DNA of 55,407 nucleotides, from the NCBI GenBank assembly GCA_026995265.1, contig JALWPC010000422.1:1-55407 (forward strand). Direction: 5' to 3'. A program made the position numbers and the translations under genes. Positions 47,446 to 54,525 of this stretch are shown piece by piece (the first letter of the stretch is position 1; each line of letters starts with the position of its first letter). The notes below the pieces were generated by a model. The model was not told the DNA's origin, did no database searches, and saw nothing but the letters and a program-made list of their open reading frames with translations. This stretch comes from Paracoccaceae bacterium (GTDB lineage Bacteria; Pseudomonadota; Alphaproteobacteria; Rhodobacterales; Rhodobacteraceae).

Positions 47446-47462
47446 GTTACAATTCGTTACAA
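47446..47462 (+). promoter_or_regulatory. Direct repeat GTTACAA-N3-GTTACAA upstream of the response-regulator gene
   Basis: GTTACAA at 47446-47452 and 47456-47462 (10-bp period), about 45 nt upstream of the ATG at 47505. OmpR-family regulators bind direct repeats of this style. Confidence 0.3.
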
Positions 47463-47504
47463 AGTTTAACTACTCCCAGAAACTAGAAAGGCTATCCTTT
47501 GGCG

Positions 47505-48254
47505 ATGAATTCATTTGACCCTCTTTCCAGCACCCATTTGCTGATCGTTGATGACGATCAGGATATTCGTGCGCTTTTGAAGCGGTTTTTGAGCAAGCAG
47601 GGATTCAGGGTTTCGGCCGCCAGCGGCAGCGCTGAAATGCAGGATATTATAGCCAAGTGGAAGATTGATCTGGTGGTGCTGGACCGGATGCTGCCGGGCA
47701 AAGACGGGCTGGAGATTTGCGCCGAACTGCGCGATGCCTCCAATGTGCCGGTGGTGATGCTCACGGTGCTGGGCGCGGAAAATGACCGGATTGACGGGTT
47801 TTCGGTGGGGGTGGATGACTATCTCAGCAAGCCCTTCAACCCGCATGAATTGCTGGCGCGGATAAAATCGGTGCTGCGCCGCACCCATATGGCCCCGCCT
47901 TCGGCCCCGGATATGAGCGGGCGGGTGCTGACATTTGGCGCATGGCGGCTGGATATTTCCTTGCGCCAGCTGACCTCGAGCACCGGCACCCTGGTGGACC
48001 TGAGCACCAAGGAATTCGATCTGCTCACCGCGCTGGCCGAACATGCGGGAATCACGCTTTCGCGGGACCAGTTGCTGGATCTGACGGGCGGGCAGGCCGA
48101 AATTCCGTTTGATCGCAAAATTGATATGCAGGTGAGCCGCTTGCGGCGCAAGATAGAGGATGACCCGAAAACCCCGACCCTGATCCAGACGGTGCGCGGT
48201 GGCGGCTACCGGTTTGCAGCGGAGGTTTCATCCAATGAAAAACCCGCTACCTGA
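47505..48254 (+). CDS. OmpR-family response regulator
   Basis: It has a receiver domain (LLIVDDDQDIRALL, VLDRMLPGKDG, SKPF) and a winged-helix output domain (LSTKEFDLLTAL...IQTVRGGGYRF). Confidence 0.9.
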   Translation: MNSFDPLSSTHLLIVDDDQDIRALLKRFLSKQGFRVSAASGSAEMQDIIAKWKIDLVVLDRMLPGKDGLEICAELRDASNVPVVMLTVLGAENDRIDGFSVGVDDYLSKPFNPHELLARIKSVLRRTHMAPPSAPDMSGRVLTFGAWRLDISLRQLTSSTGTLVDLSTKEFDLLTALAEHAGITLSRDQLLDLTGGQAEIPFDRKIDMQVSRLRRKIEDDPKTPTLIQTVRGGGYRFAAEVSSNEKPAT

Positions 48255-49710
48255 TACCATTGCCTTTCGGGCCACCGCCTTGCTGGTGGTCGGGCTGGCC
48301 GTCACCCACCTGCTGAGCAGCCTGTTTTACACCACCGACCGGGAAACCGCGCTTTTGTCGGCGGGCGGAGAGCACGCGATCCAGTGGGTGGCCACCATTG
48401 GCGCGCTTTCGGGCATTCTGGATGACAGCGAGTGGAACAGGGTGATTGACAGCGCCGGAACCGAACAGCGCTTTGTGAGTGTCACAGACACACCGCTGGT
48501 GCCCGAAAGCACCGGCTATGGCTGGCGGGAAGCGGCCCTGCGCAGGGAGTTGGCGCGGCATGTGCCCGAGCCCCGCTTGAATGATTACCGGATTTCCTTT
48601 GTGACCCCTGAAAATGCGGGGGCGATGCGCGCCTATTCTGGGGTGCAGGGGGAGCCTGCACCGGAAAACCTTATTGTTGTGTCCCTGAACCTCGGGGGCG
48701 GAAAATGGCTGAACATTGTTTCGCCCGTTTCTCCGTCCCCGGCTTTTTTCTCGGCACGGCTCGGGCTTTCCATGCTGGTGATGCTGGCGGCTGTGGTGTT
48801 TTTCTCGGCCCTGCTGGTGCGCCGGATGACCGCTCCGCTCAAGCAGCTTTCACGGGCCGCCGAGGTGCTGGGCACCGATGTGCAGGCGCCCGCGATTCCG
48901 GAAACGGGGCCGGAAGAGGTGCGCCGCACCGCGCATGCCTTTAATGTGATGCAAAACCGGATCCGGCGCTTTGTGACCGACCGCACCCAGATGCTCGGGG
49001 CCATCGCCCATGATCTGGGCACCCCGATTACGCGCCTGCGCTTGCGGGCTGAATTTGTGGAAGAAGACGAACTGCGGGTGAAAATGCTGCGTGATCTTGA
49101 CGATATGCAGCAAATGGTCAGCTCGACCCTGTCTTTCATCCGCGAGGAAGCCGCCTCGGAGCCGAGCACGACCGTCGATATAGGCTCATTGCTGGAGCGG
49201 GTGTGCAACGATATGGCCGATGCCGGTTGTGATGTGGCGCTTGAAGATGTGCCGCGCTGGACGCTGGTGGAGTGCCGCCCTGTTGCCTTGGGGCGGGCGC
49301 TGGCCAACCTGCTGGACAACGCGGTGAAATACGGAAAATCGGCGCGGGTTTCGGTGACGATCGAGCCTGATATGATCAAGATTTTGATCGATGATATTGG
49401 CCCGGGCATTGCCAAGGATAGCCTTGAGGATGTGTTTCAGCCGTTTTACCGGCTGGAAGATTCGCGCAACCGCGAGACCGGCGGCACGGGCCTGGGGCTT
49501 TCGGTGGCGCGCACGATTGTGCGGGCCCATGGCGGCGATATTTGCCTGCACAACCGCCTGCAAGGCGGGCTGTGCGTGGAAGTGCGCCTGCCGCTTTCCA
49601 GAAAAATCAATGACCGTTCCATCGTGAGCGATACTGCGAAAACTGCAATTCAGGATAAGCCGGAAAACGGCCAATCAGAGGAGAGGGATAAAACATGGAA
49701 AACGCTTTAG
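48235..49710 (+). CDS. EnvZ/CusS-type sensor histidine kinase
   Basis: ORF 48199..49710. The likely start is MKNPLPDT at 48235. It has two TM segments around a periplasmic domain, a HAMP domain, an H-box (GAIAHDLGTPITR), and N and G boxes (LLDNAVKYG, DDIGPGI, GGTGLGLS). Confidence 0.9.
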   Translation: MKNPLPDTIAFRATALLVVGLAVTHLLSSLFYTTDRETALLSAGGEHAIQWVATIGALSGILDDSEWNRVIDSAGTEQRFVSVTDTPLVPESTGYGWREAALRRELARHVPEPRLNDYRISFVTPENAGAMRAYSGVQGEPAPENLIVVSLNLGGGKWLNIVSPVSPSPAFFSARLGLSMLVMLAAVVFFSALLVRRMTAPLKQLSRAAEVLGTDVQAPAIPETGPEEVRRTAHAFNVMQNRIRRFVTDRTQMLGAIAHDLGTPITRLRLRAEFVEEDELRVKMLRDLDDMQQMVSSTLSFIREEAASEPSTTVDIGSLLERVCNDMADAGCDVALEDVPRWTLVECRPVALGRALANLLDNAVKYGKSARVSVTIEPDMIKILIDDIGPGIAKDSLEDVFQPFYRLEDSRNRETGGTGLGLSVARTIVRAHGGDICLHNRLQGGLCVEVRLPLSRKINDRSIVSDTAKTAIQDKPENGQSEERDKTWKTL

Positions 49711-50306
49711 GAATATGGGGGCCGCAAGCGATTATGATGGCCATCACCGCATCGTTTACGGTGCTGGGGATGATCATGCTGCTGGCGGCCATGCTGATGA
49801 AAAAGCGCTGGAAGCCAAGCTATACGGTGGAATTTGTGTTCATCGGCATCATGCTTGGGCTGGTCTGGTATGCCGATGATCTGAGCACCAACACCTATAC
49901 GGCCTATCAGCAAGACCTGAACGCCGAAGAGAAAATGGTGTCGGGCAATTATGACGGCTCGGGCGAAGAGGCCTTTGACGAGGTGGTCACGGTGGTGGCT
50001 TTCCAGTGGGGCTTTGCCTTTATCAACGAGGACGAAGAGATCAGCCGCAATGCGCTGATCGTGCGCCCGGGGGAAAAGGTGCTGCTGAAGATTGTCAGCA
50101 ATGATGTGATCCACGGGTTTAACATTCCGGTGGCGCAGATCACCGCCGAAATCGACCCCAACTTCAAGCGGGAATTGTGGATCAAAGCGCCGGATGTTCC
50201 GGGGAAATATCTTATTCAATGTGTGAATTATTGCGGTATCGGCCATGCACAAATGAAAGCGTGGCTGGTGGTAACCGATGGTGAAAATAACGGGGAGAGC
50301 GCGTAA
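49695..50306 (+). CDS. Heme-copper oxidase subunit II (short, CuA cupredoxin)
   Basis: 203 aa with N-terminal TM helices. The CuA ligand pattern is present: VIHGFNIP ... CVNYCGIGHAQM (Cx3Cx3Hx2M). Its start overlaps the kinase 3-prime end by 16 nt. Confidence 0.85.
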   Translation: MENALGIWGPQAIMMAITASFTVLGMIMLLAAMLMKKRWKPSYTVEFVFIGIMLGLVWYADDLSTNTYTAYQQDLNAEEKMVSGNYDGSGEEAFDEVVTVVAFQWGFAFINEDEEISRNALIVRPGEKVLLKIVSNDVIHGFNIPVAQITAEIDPNFKRELWIKAPDVPGKYLIQCVNYCGIGHAQMKAWLVVTDGENNGESA

Positions 50307-51886
50307 TGGCTTCTATGACTATGGATGATCCTAAAATGGGCGAAAAGGCCCATTGGGAACCCGAGGACCTGCTGAGCGGCTTGACGCTCAAGCAGATATT
50401 GTTCTCGAATGACTATCGCCATATGGCGCTGAAGGGGATTTTTACCGCCTTCATTATGCTGGCCCTGGGCGGCATGTTTGCCATTATTTTCCGCACAGAG
50501 CTGGCGGTGCCCGATGTGCAATTTATCGGCGCGCGGGTGTATATGACCCTGATGACCCTGCATGGCATGGTGATGGTGTTCGGCTTCCTGATCCCGCTTG
50601 TGGTGTCGATCAACTATTACATGCTGCCCAAAGTGCTGGGCAATGACCGGCTGCTCTGGTCGGGTGCGGCGCAGGCGAGCTACTGGATTTTGATCGTGGC
50701 GGCGGTGCTCCTGATGATCGGGCGGCCTGATTTCACGTGGACAGCCTATGCGCCGATGTCTTTGCGCACCGGCAACCCCAACCTGTGGATGGGCTATGTG
50801 GCGATTATCCTTGTGGCGGTGTCCGAGTTCCTCGCCGGTGCGGTGCTGTTCCGCAATGCGATCTCTTCCAAAGGCGGGCTGAAGAACACCCCGTTGATGG
50901 GCTGGGCGGCGGGCACTATTGGCCTGCTCTTCATGGTCTCGGTCTTCCCGCTGGGCTTTGCGGGCTACGGGATGCTGAGCGACTGGGCGCAGTGGACCGA
51001 TATCGCCTGGTTTGACCCATCGCGGGGCGGCTCTATCGAGTTCTTCCTTTATGTGTTCTGGACCTACGGCCACCCTGCGGTTTACCTGCCCTTCGTGCCG
51101 GCGATTGCCATTCTCTACACCATCATGCCCCGTTTTCTGGGGCGTCCGATGTGGAGCTACTGGTCTGGCGTGGTGGCATTTACCTTGCTGGCGATTGGCG
51201 CCATGCCCATCGGCCCGCACCACTTCCAGCCCGCGCATACCATCTCGGGCGATTACCAGCGCTTTGTGCAAATCCTCACCATGCTGGTGTTCATCCCGTC
51301 GGTGATGCACGTGTTTAACTGGATATCGACGCTGTTCATGGCCCCGATCCCGGATTCGGCGCGGCGCGCCATTCCGTTCAAGTTCATGGTGTTTTCGATT
51401 GCCTTTATCGTTTATGGCGGGGCCACGGCCTTCCTGAATGCGCAAATCGCACCCGATAGTGACTTCATCCACAATACCTACTGGATACCGGCCCACTTCC
51501 ACGCCATGTTCTTTGGCTTCTCGGGGCAAATGGCCTTTGCCGGGTTTTACTTCCTCTACCCCTATATAACGGGGCGGATGTATAACCAGCGGCTGGGCAA
51601 TTGGCACTTCTGGCTCTGGCAGGTGGGCTTGTTTATCAAGATCACCGGCATGGGCGTGGCGGGCTACCTCTACTTCCCGCGCTGGGTGTATGACTATCTG
51701 CCATTCCCGGGCTGGGCCAATGCGCAAATGGCGATCACCATTGGCGGCTATATGGTGGCCCTTGGCTTCCTTGCCTTCCTGGCGAATGTGTTCTGGAGCG
51801 CCAAATACGGCGCAAAAGTAACCGGTGATCCGTGGCCGATATCAAACGACACCCCTGAAGCAGCCGCTGCTGCGCCAGCAGAATAA
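50306..51886 (+). CDS. Heme-copper oxidase subunit I (B-family/ba3-like by motif style)
   Basis: 526-aa polytopic protein. The His ligand contexts are LHGMVMVFGFLIP, WTYGHPAVYLPFVP, GPHHFQP and PAHFHAMFFG. There is a 1-nt start/stop overlap with subunit II. Confidence 0.9.
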   Translation: MASMTMDDPKMGEKAHWEPEDLLSGLTLKQILFSNDYRHMALKGIFTAFIMLALGGMFAIIFRTELAVPDVQFIGARVYMTLMTLHGMVMVFGFLIPLVVSINYYMLPKVLGNDRLLWSGAAQASYWILIVAAVLLMIGRPDFTWTAYAPMSLRTGNPNLWMGYVAIILVAVSEFLAGAVLFRNAISSKGGLKNTPLMGWAAGTIGLLFMVSVFPLGFAGYGMLSDWAQWTDIAWFDPSRGGSIEFFLYVFWTYGHPAVYLPFVPAIAILYTIMPRFLGRPMWSYWSGVVAFTLLAIGAMPIGPHHFQPAHTISGDYQRFVQILTMLVFIPSVMHVFNWISTLFMAPIPDSARRAIPFKFMVFSIAFIVYGGATAFLNAQIAPDSDFIHNTYWIPAHFHAMFFGFSGQMAFAGFYFLYPYITGRMYNQRLGNWHFWLWQVGLFIKITGMGVAGYLYFPRWVYDYLPFPGWANAQMAITIGGYMVALGFLAFLANVFWSAKYGAKVTGDPWPISNDTPEAAAAAPAE

Positions 51887-51897
51887 GGAGAACCGAT

Positions 51898-53151
51898 ATG
51901 CTGAAGTTTTTTGGAATTACCGGGCTGGTTGGCACTGTGGTTGTATTTTATCTCGTCACTTACGGCGTAGGCCCCGAGCGGCAATTGCCGCCGGAGGTCA
52001 GCCTGCTGGAGGGGTTCAGGGCTGATGGCTATTTGCCCGAAAACGTGAACCTTGAAGAAGATGCGCGGGCCGAAGACGCTGGTGTGTTTGAAGTGCCAGA
52101 GCAGGATGCCGTGGTTCTGGAGGCCGCTTTGGCCGACATGGGCGACATGAATATGGGCGGCATGGACATGTCGGGCGGTGGCTCAATGAATGGCATGGAT
52201 ATGTCTGGCTCTGACAATGGCACCATGGGCGGTATGGATATGTCTGGCAATGGCGATGCTGTGCTGGATATGGACATGAACGGTGATGGCGTGATGGACA
52301 TGAGCAGCGCCGACATGGCCAATACAAACATGGGCGACACGGCCAGCACCGGAATGAACGGCATGGATATGTCGGGCACTGACGGGGCCGCTATGGGCAG
52401 CGCAGATATGGCAGGCAATGGTGACACCGGAATGGCCGGTATGGATATGTCTGGCAATGGCGAAGCTGTGCTGGACATGGACATGAACGGCGATGGCGTA
52501 ATGGACATGAGCAGTGCCGACATGGGCAATATGAACATGGGCGACACGGCCAGCACCGGCATGAGCGGCATGGATATGTCGGGCAATGGCGACACCGCTA
52601 TGGGCGGCATGGATATGTCTGGCAACGGTGAGGCTGTGCTGGACATGGACATGAACGGCGATGGCGTTATGGACATGAGCAGTGCCGATATGGGCAACAT
52701 GAACATGGGCGACGGCTCGGCTATGCCCGCAAGCGGCATGCCGATGGGGGAAGGCGGCCTTGCTTTTTCTGAATCCGGTGAATTTGACCGTGTGATCGAG
52801 CTTAGCATGCAGGAATGGGGGTATTCCGACATGAATATCACCGTCAAAAAAGGTGAGCGGATCAAGTTTATCGTGAAAAACGAAGGCCAGATCCCGCATG
52901 AGTTCATGTTTATGAACATGCCGCTGATGGCCGCCGCCAACTACCGTGGCACCCGCGCCGACTGGAGCTTGCTGGAGCACGAGGCCCTGTTCGAGCAGGC
53001 GCTGATCCTGCCCGGTGGTGAATTCGAGTTTGTGCTTGAAGTGCAGGAAAACGGCGCGTGGATGTTCATGTGTATGCTGCCTTACCACATGCAAATGGGC
53101 ATGATGGGCCAGATGGCGACAGAAGGCATGGCCATGGATATGGGCATGTAA
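51898..53151 (+). CDS. Membrane-anchored Met/Asp-rich repeat protein with a C-terminal cupredoxin (type-1 copper) domain
   Basis: 417 aa with an AAGGAG RBS and an N-terminal TM. Three long GMDMSGNG...VLDMDMNGDGVMDMSSADMGNMNMGD repeats are followed by a cupredoxin-like domain with IPHEFMF and FMCMLPYHMQMGM (His/Cys/His/Met ligand pattern). Confidence 0.8.
   Translation: MLKFFGITGLVGTVVVFYLVTYGVGPERQLPPEVSLLEGFRADGYLPENVNLEEDARAEDAGVFEVPEQDAVVLEAALADMGDMNMGGMDMSGGGSMNGMDMSGSDNGTMGGMDMSGNGDAVLDMDMNGDGVMDMSSADMANTNMGDTASTGMNGMDMSGTDGAAMGSADMAGNGDTGMAGMDMSGNGEAVLDMDMNGDGVMDMSSADMGNMNMGDTASTGMSGMDMSGNGDTAMGGMDMSGNGEAVLDMDMNGDGVMDMSSADMGNMNMGDGSAMPASGMPMGEGGLAFSESGEFDRVIELSMQEWGYSDMNITVKKGERIKFIVKNEGQIPHEFMFMNMPLMAAANYRGTRADWSLLEHEALFEQALILPGGEFEFVLEVQENGAWMFMCMLPYHMQMGMMGQMATEGMAMDMGM
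52234..52714 (+). repeat. Three tandem coding repeats (units start near 52234, 52441 and 52609) encoding Met/Asp/Gly-rich modules
   Basis: The protein-level repeat MDMSGNG(D/E)AVLDMDMNGDGVMDMSSADM(A/G)N(T/M)NMGD occurs 3 times, with near-identical DNA between units 2 and 3. Confidence 0.85.
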
Positions 53152-53208
53152 TCGCCTCGGCGCGGCTGGCCCTCCGGCCGCGCCCTTTAATCTTGGGGAG
53201 CTAAAATA

Positions 53209-54159
53209 ATGTCAGACACCACCACAGATACCGATATTCGCCCATCCCGCACGGCAGATTATTTTGCCCTGCTCAAACCGCGCGTCATGTCTTTGGTGGT
53301 GTTTACTGCCGCCATCGGGCTGCTGGTCGCGCCCGGTAGCATCCACCCGCTCAACGCCATTGCCGCCATTTTCCTCATCGCCATTGGCGGCGGGGCTTCG
53401 GGGGCGCTCAATATGTGGTGGGATGCGGATATTGACACCCTGATGCGCCGCACCGCCAACCGCCCCGTGCCTGCGGGGCGGGTTTCTGCGGAAGCGGCGC
53501 GCAATTTCGGGCTGGTGCTTTCGGTTGCCTCTGTCGCCCTGCTGGGCTTGGTGACCAACTGGGCCGCCGCCGCCATGCTCGGCTTTACCATCTTCTTTTA
53601 CGTGGTGATCTACACCATGTGGCTCAAGCGCTCGACCCCGTGGAACATCGTCATTGGCGGCGCCTCGGGGGCCTTCCCGCCGGTGATCGGCTGGCTGGCG
53701 GTCACCGGCAGCCTGAGCTTTGAAGCCATCGCCATGTTTGCCTTGGTCTTCATGTGGACGCCGCCGCATTTCTGGTCGCTGTCGCTGTTTATGAACGACG
53801 ATTACAGCCGCGCCAAAGTGCCAATGCTGACCGTCACCCATGGCCGCGCCGCCACCCGCAAACAAATCCTGATCTACGCGCTGCTGCTGGTGCCTACATC
53901 ACTTGCTCTAGCCGTGAGTTCCATCGGCGGAGTGGTTTACCTCGCCATTGCCCTCTGGCTAAACTTCAGATTTGCCTGCGGCGCGTTCAAGCTCTGGAAA
54001 CGCGACGAAGCGCAGGCAAAAGCAGACGGCTACCAGGCCGAAAAGTCTTTCTTCAAGCTCTCTCTGCTCTACCTTTTTGGCCTGTTTGTTGGGTTACTCA
54101 TCGAGATTACGCTGCGCCATCTGGGCCTCTCGGCGGTCGGCTGGCTACAGCTGATCTAG
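53209..54159 (+). CDS. ctaB: Protoheme IX farnesyltransferase (heme O synthase)
   Basis: 316 aa in the UbiA prenyltransferase family. It has the CtaB/CyoE-typical motifs (LKPRVMSLVVFT, NMWWDADIDTLMRRTANRP, WTPPHFWSL). Confidence 0.9.
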   Translation: MSDTTTDTDIRPSRTADYFALLKPRVMSLVVFTAAIGLLVAPGSIHPLNAIAAIFLIAIGGGASGALNMWWDADIDTLMRRTANRPVPAGRVSAEAARNFGLVLSVASVALLGLVTNWAAAAMLGFTIFFYVVIYTMWLKRSTPWNIVIGGASGAFPPVIGWLAVTGSLSFEAIAMFALVFMWTPPHFWSLSLFMNDDYSRAKVPMLTVTHGRAATRKQILIYALLLVPTSLALAVSSIGGVVYLAIALWLNFRFACGAFKLWKRDEAQAKADGYQAEKSFFKLSLLYLFGLFVGLLIEITLRHLGLSAVGWLQLI

Positions 54160-54192
54160 CGGGCGGTATTGCCTTGGTTGCGGTGATCACAT

Positions 54193-54432
54193 CTAATCCT
54201 CGCTAACCTTGTTTTTTTCGCGCTGAATGTTTTGAATGTCTTGCGGCCAGCGTGATTTGATAAAAAACAGCACTGCGTTAATATCCGCATCACTTAGGGT
54301 GGCTTCAAAGGTGTGCATACCACTCTTGAAGCCGGTCAAGCCCTCTTGCCCCATCACCCCTTCACCGCCAAGCTTGATATAGTTGAATAAAAGCTGGTCG
54401 GCATGGTGCCACGTATGCCCGTCTTCATTATC
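54193..54432 (-). pseudogene. 5-prime-truncated c-type cytochrome gene (C-terminal 77 aa or so only)
   Basis: My own translation: DNEDGHTWHHADQLLFNYIKLGGEGVMGQEGLTGFKSGMHTFEATLSDADINAVLFFIKSRWPQDIQNIQREKNKVSED, with the stop at 54193-54195. The GHTWHH...FKSGM...IKSxWP pattern recalls small alphaproteobacterial cytochromes c. The signal peptide and CxxCH part are absent. Homology stops exactly where repeat copy B begins, and there is an in-frame stop further upstream near 54472. Confidence 0.55.
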
Positions 54433-54525
54433 ACGTGTGATATGGCTTGGAAAAAGATGCTTGGGTAAAGAGCGTTATTTACCTATAATTAATGCACGCT
54501 ATGAAAATACTGCGCATATATCATG
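54426..54525 (+). repeat. Direct repeat copy B (promoter/5-prime UTR and start codon of the right-edge ORF)
   Basis: 54426-54467 is identical to 47034-47075. The diverged continuation ends at the ATG at 54523, which here opens a long ORF. Confidence 0.85.
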
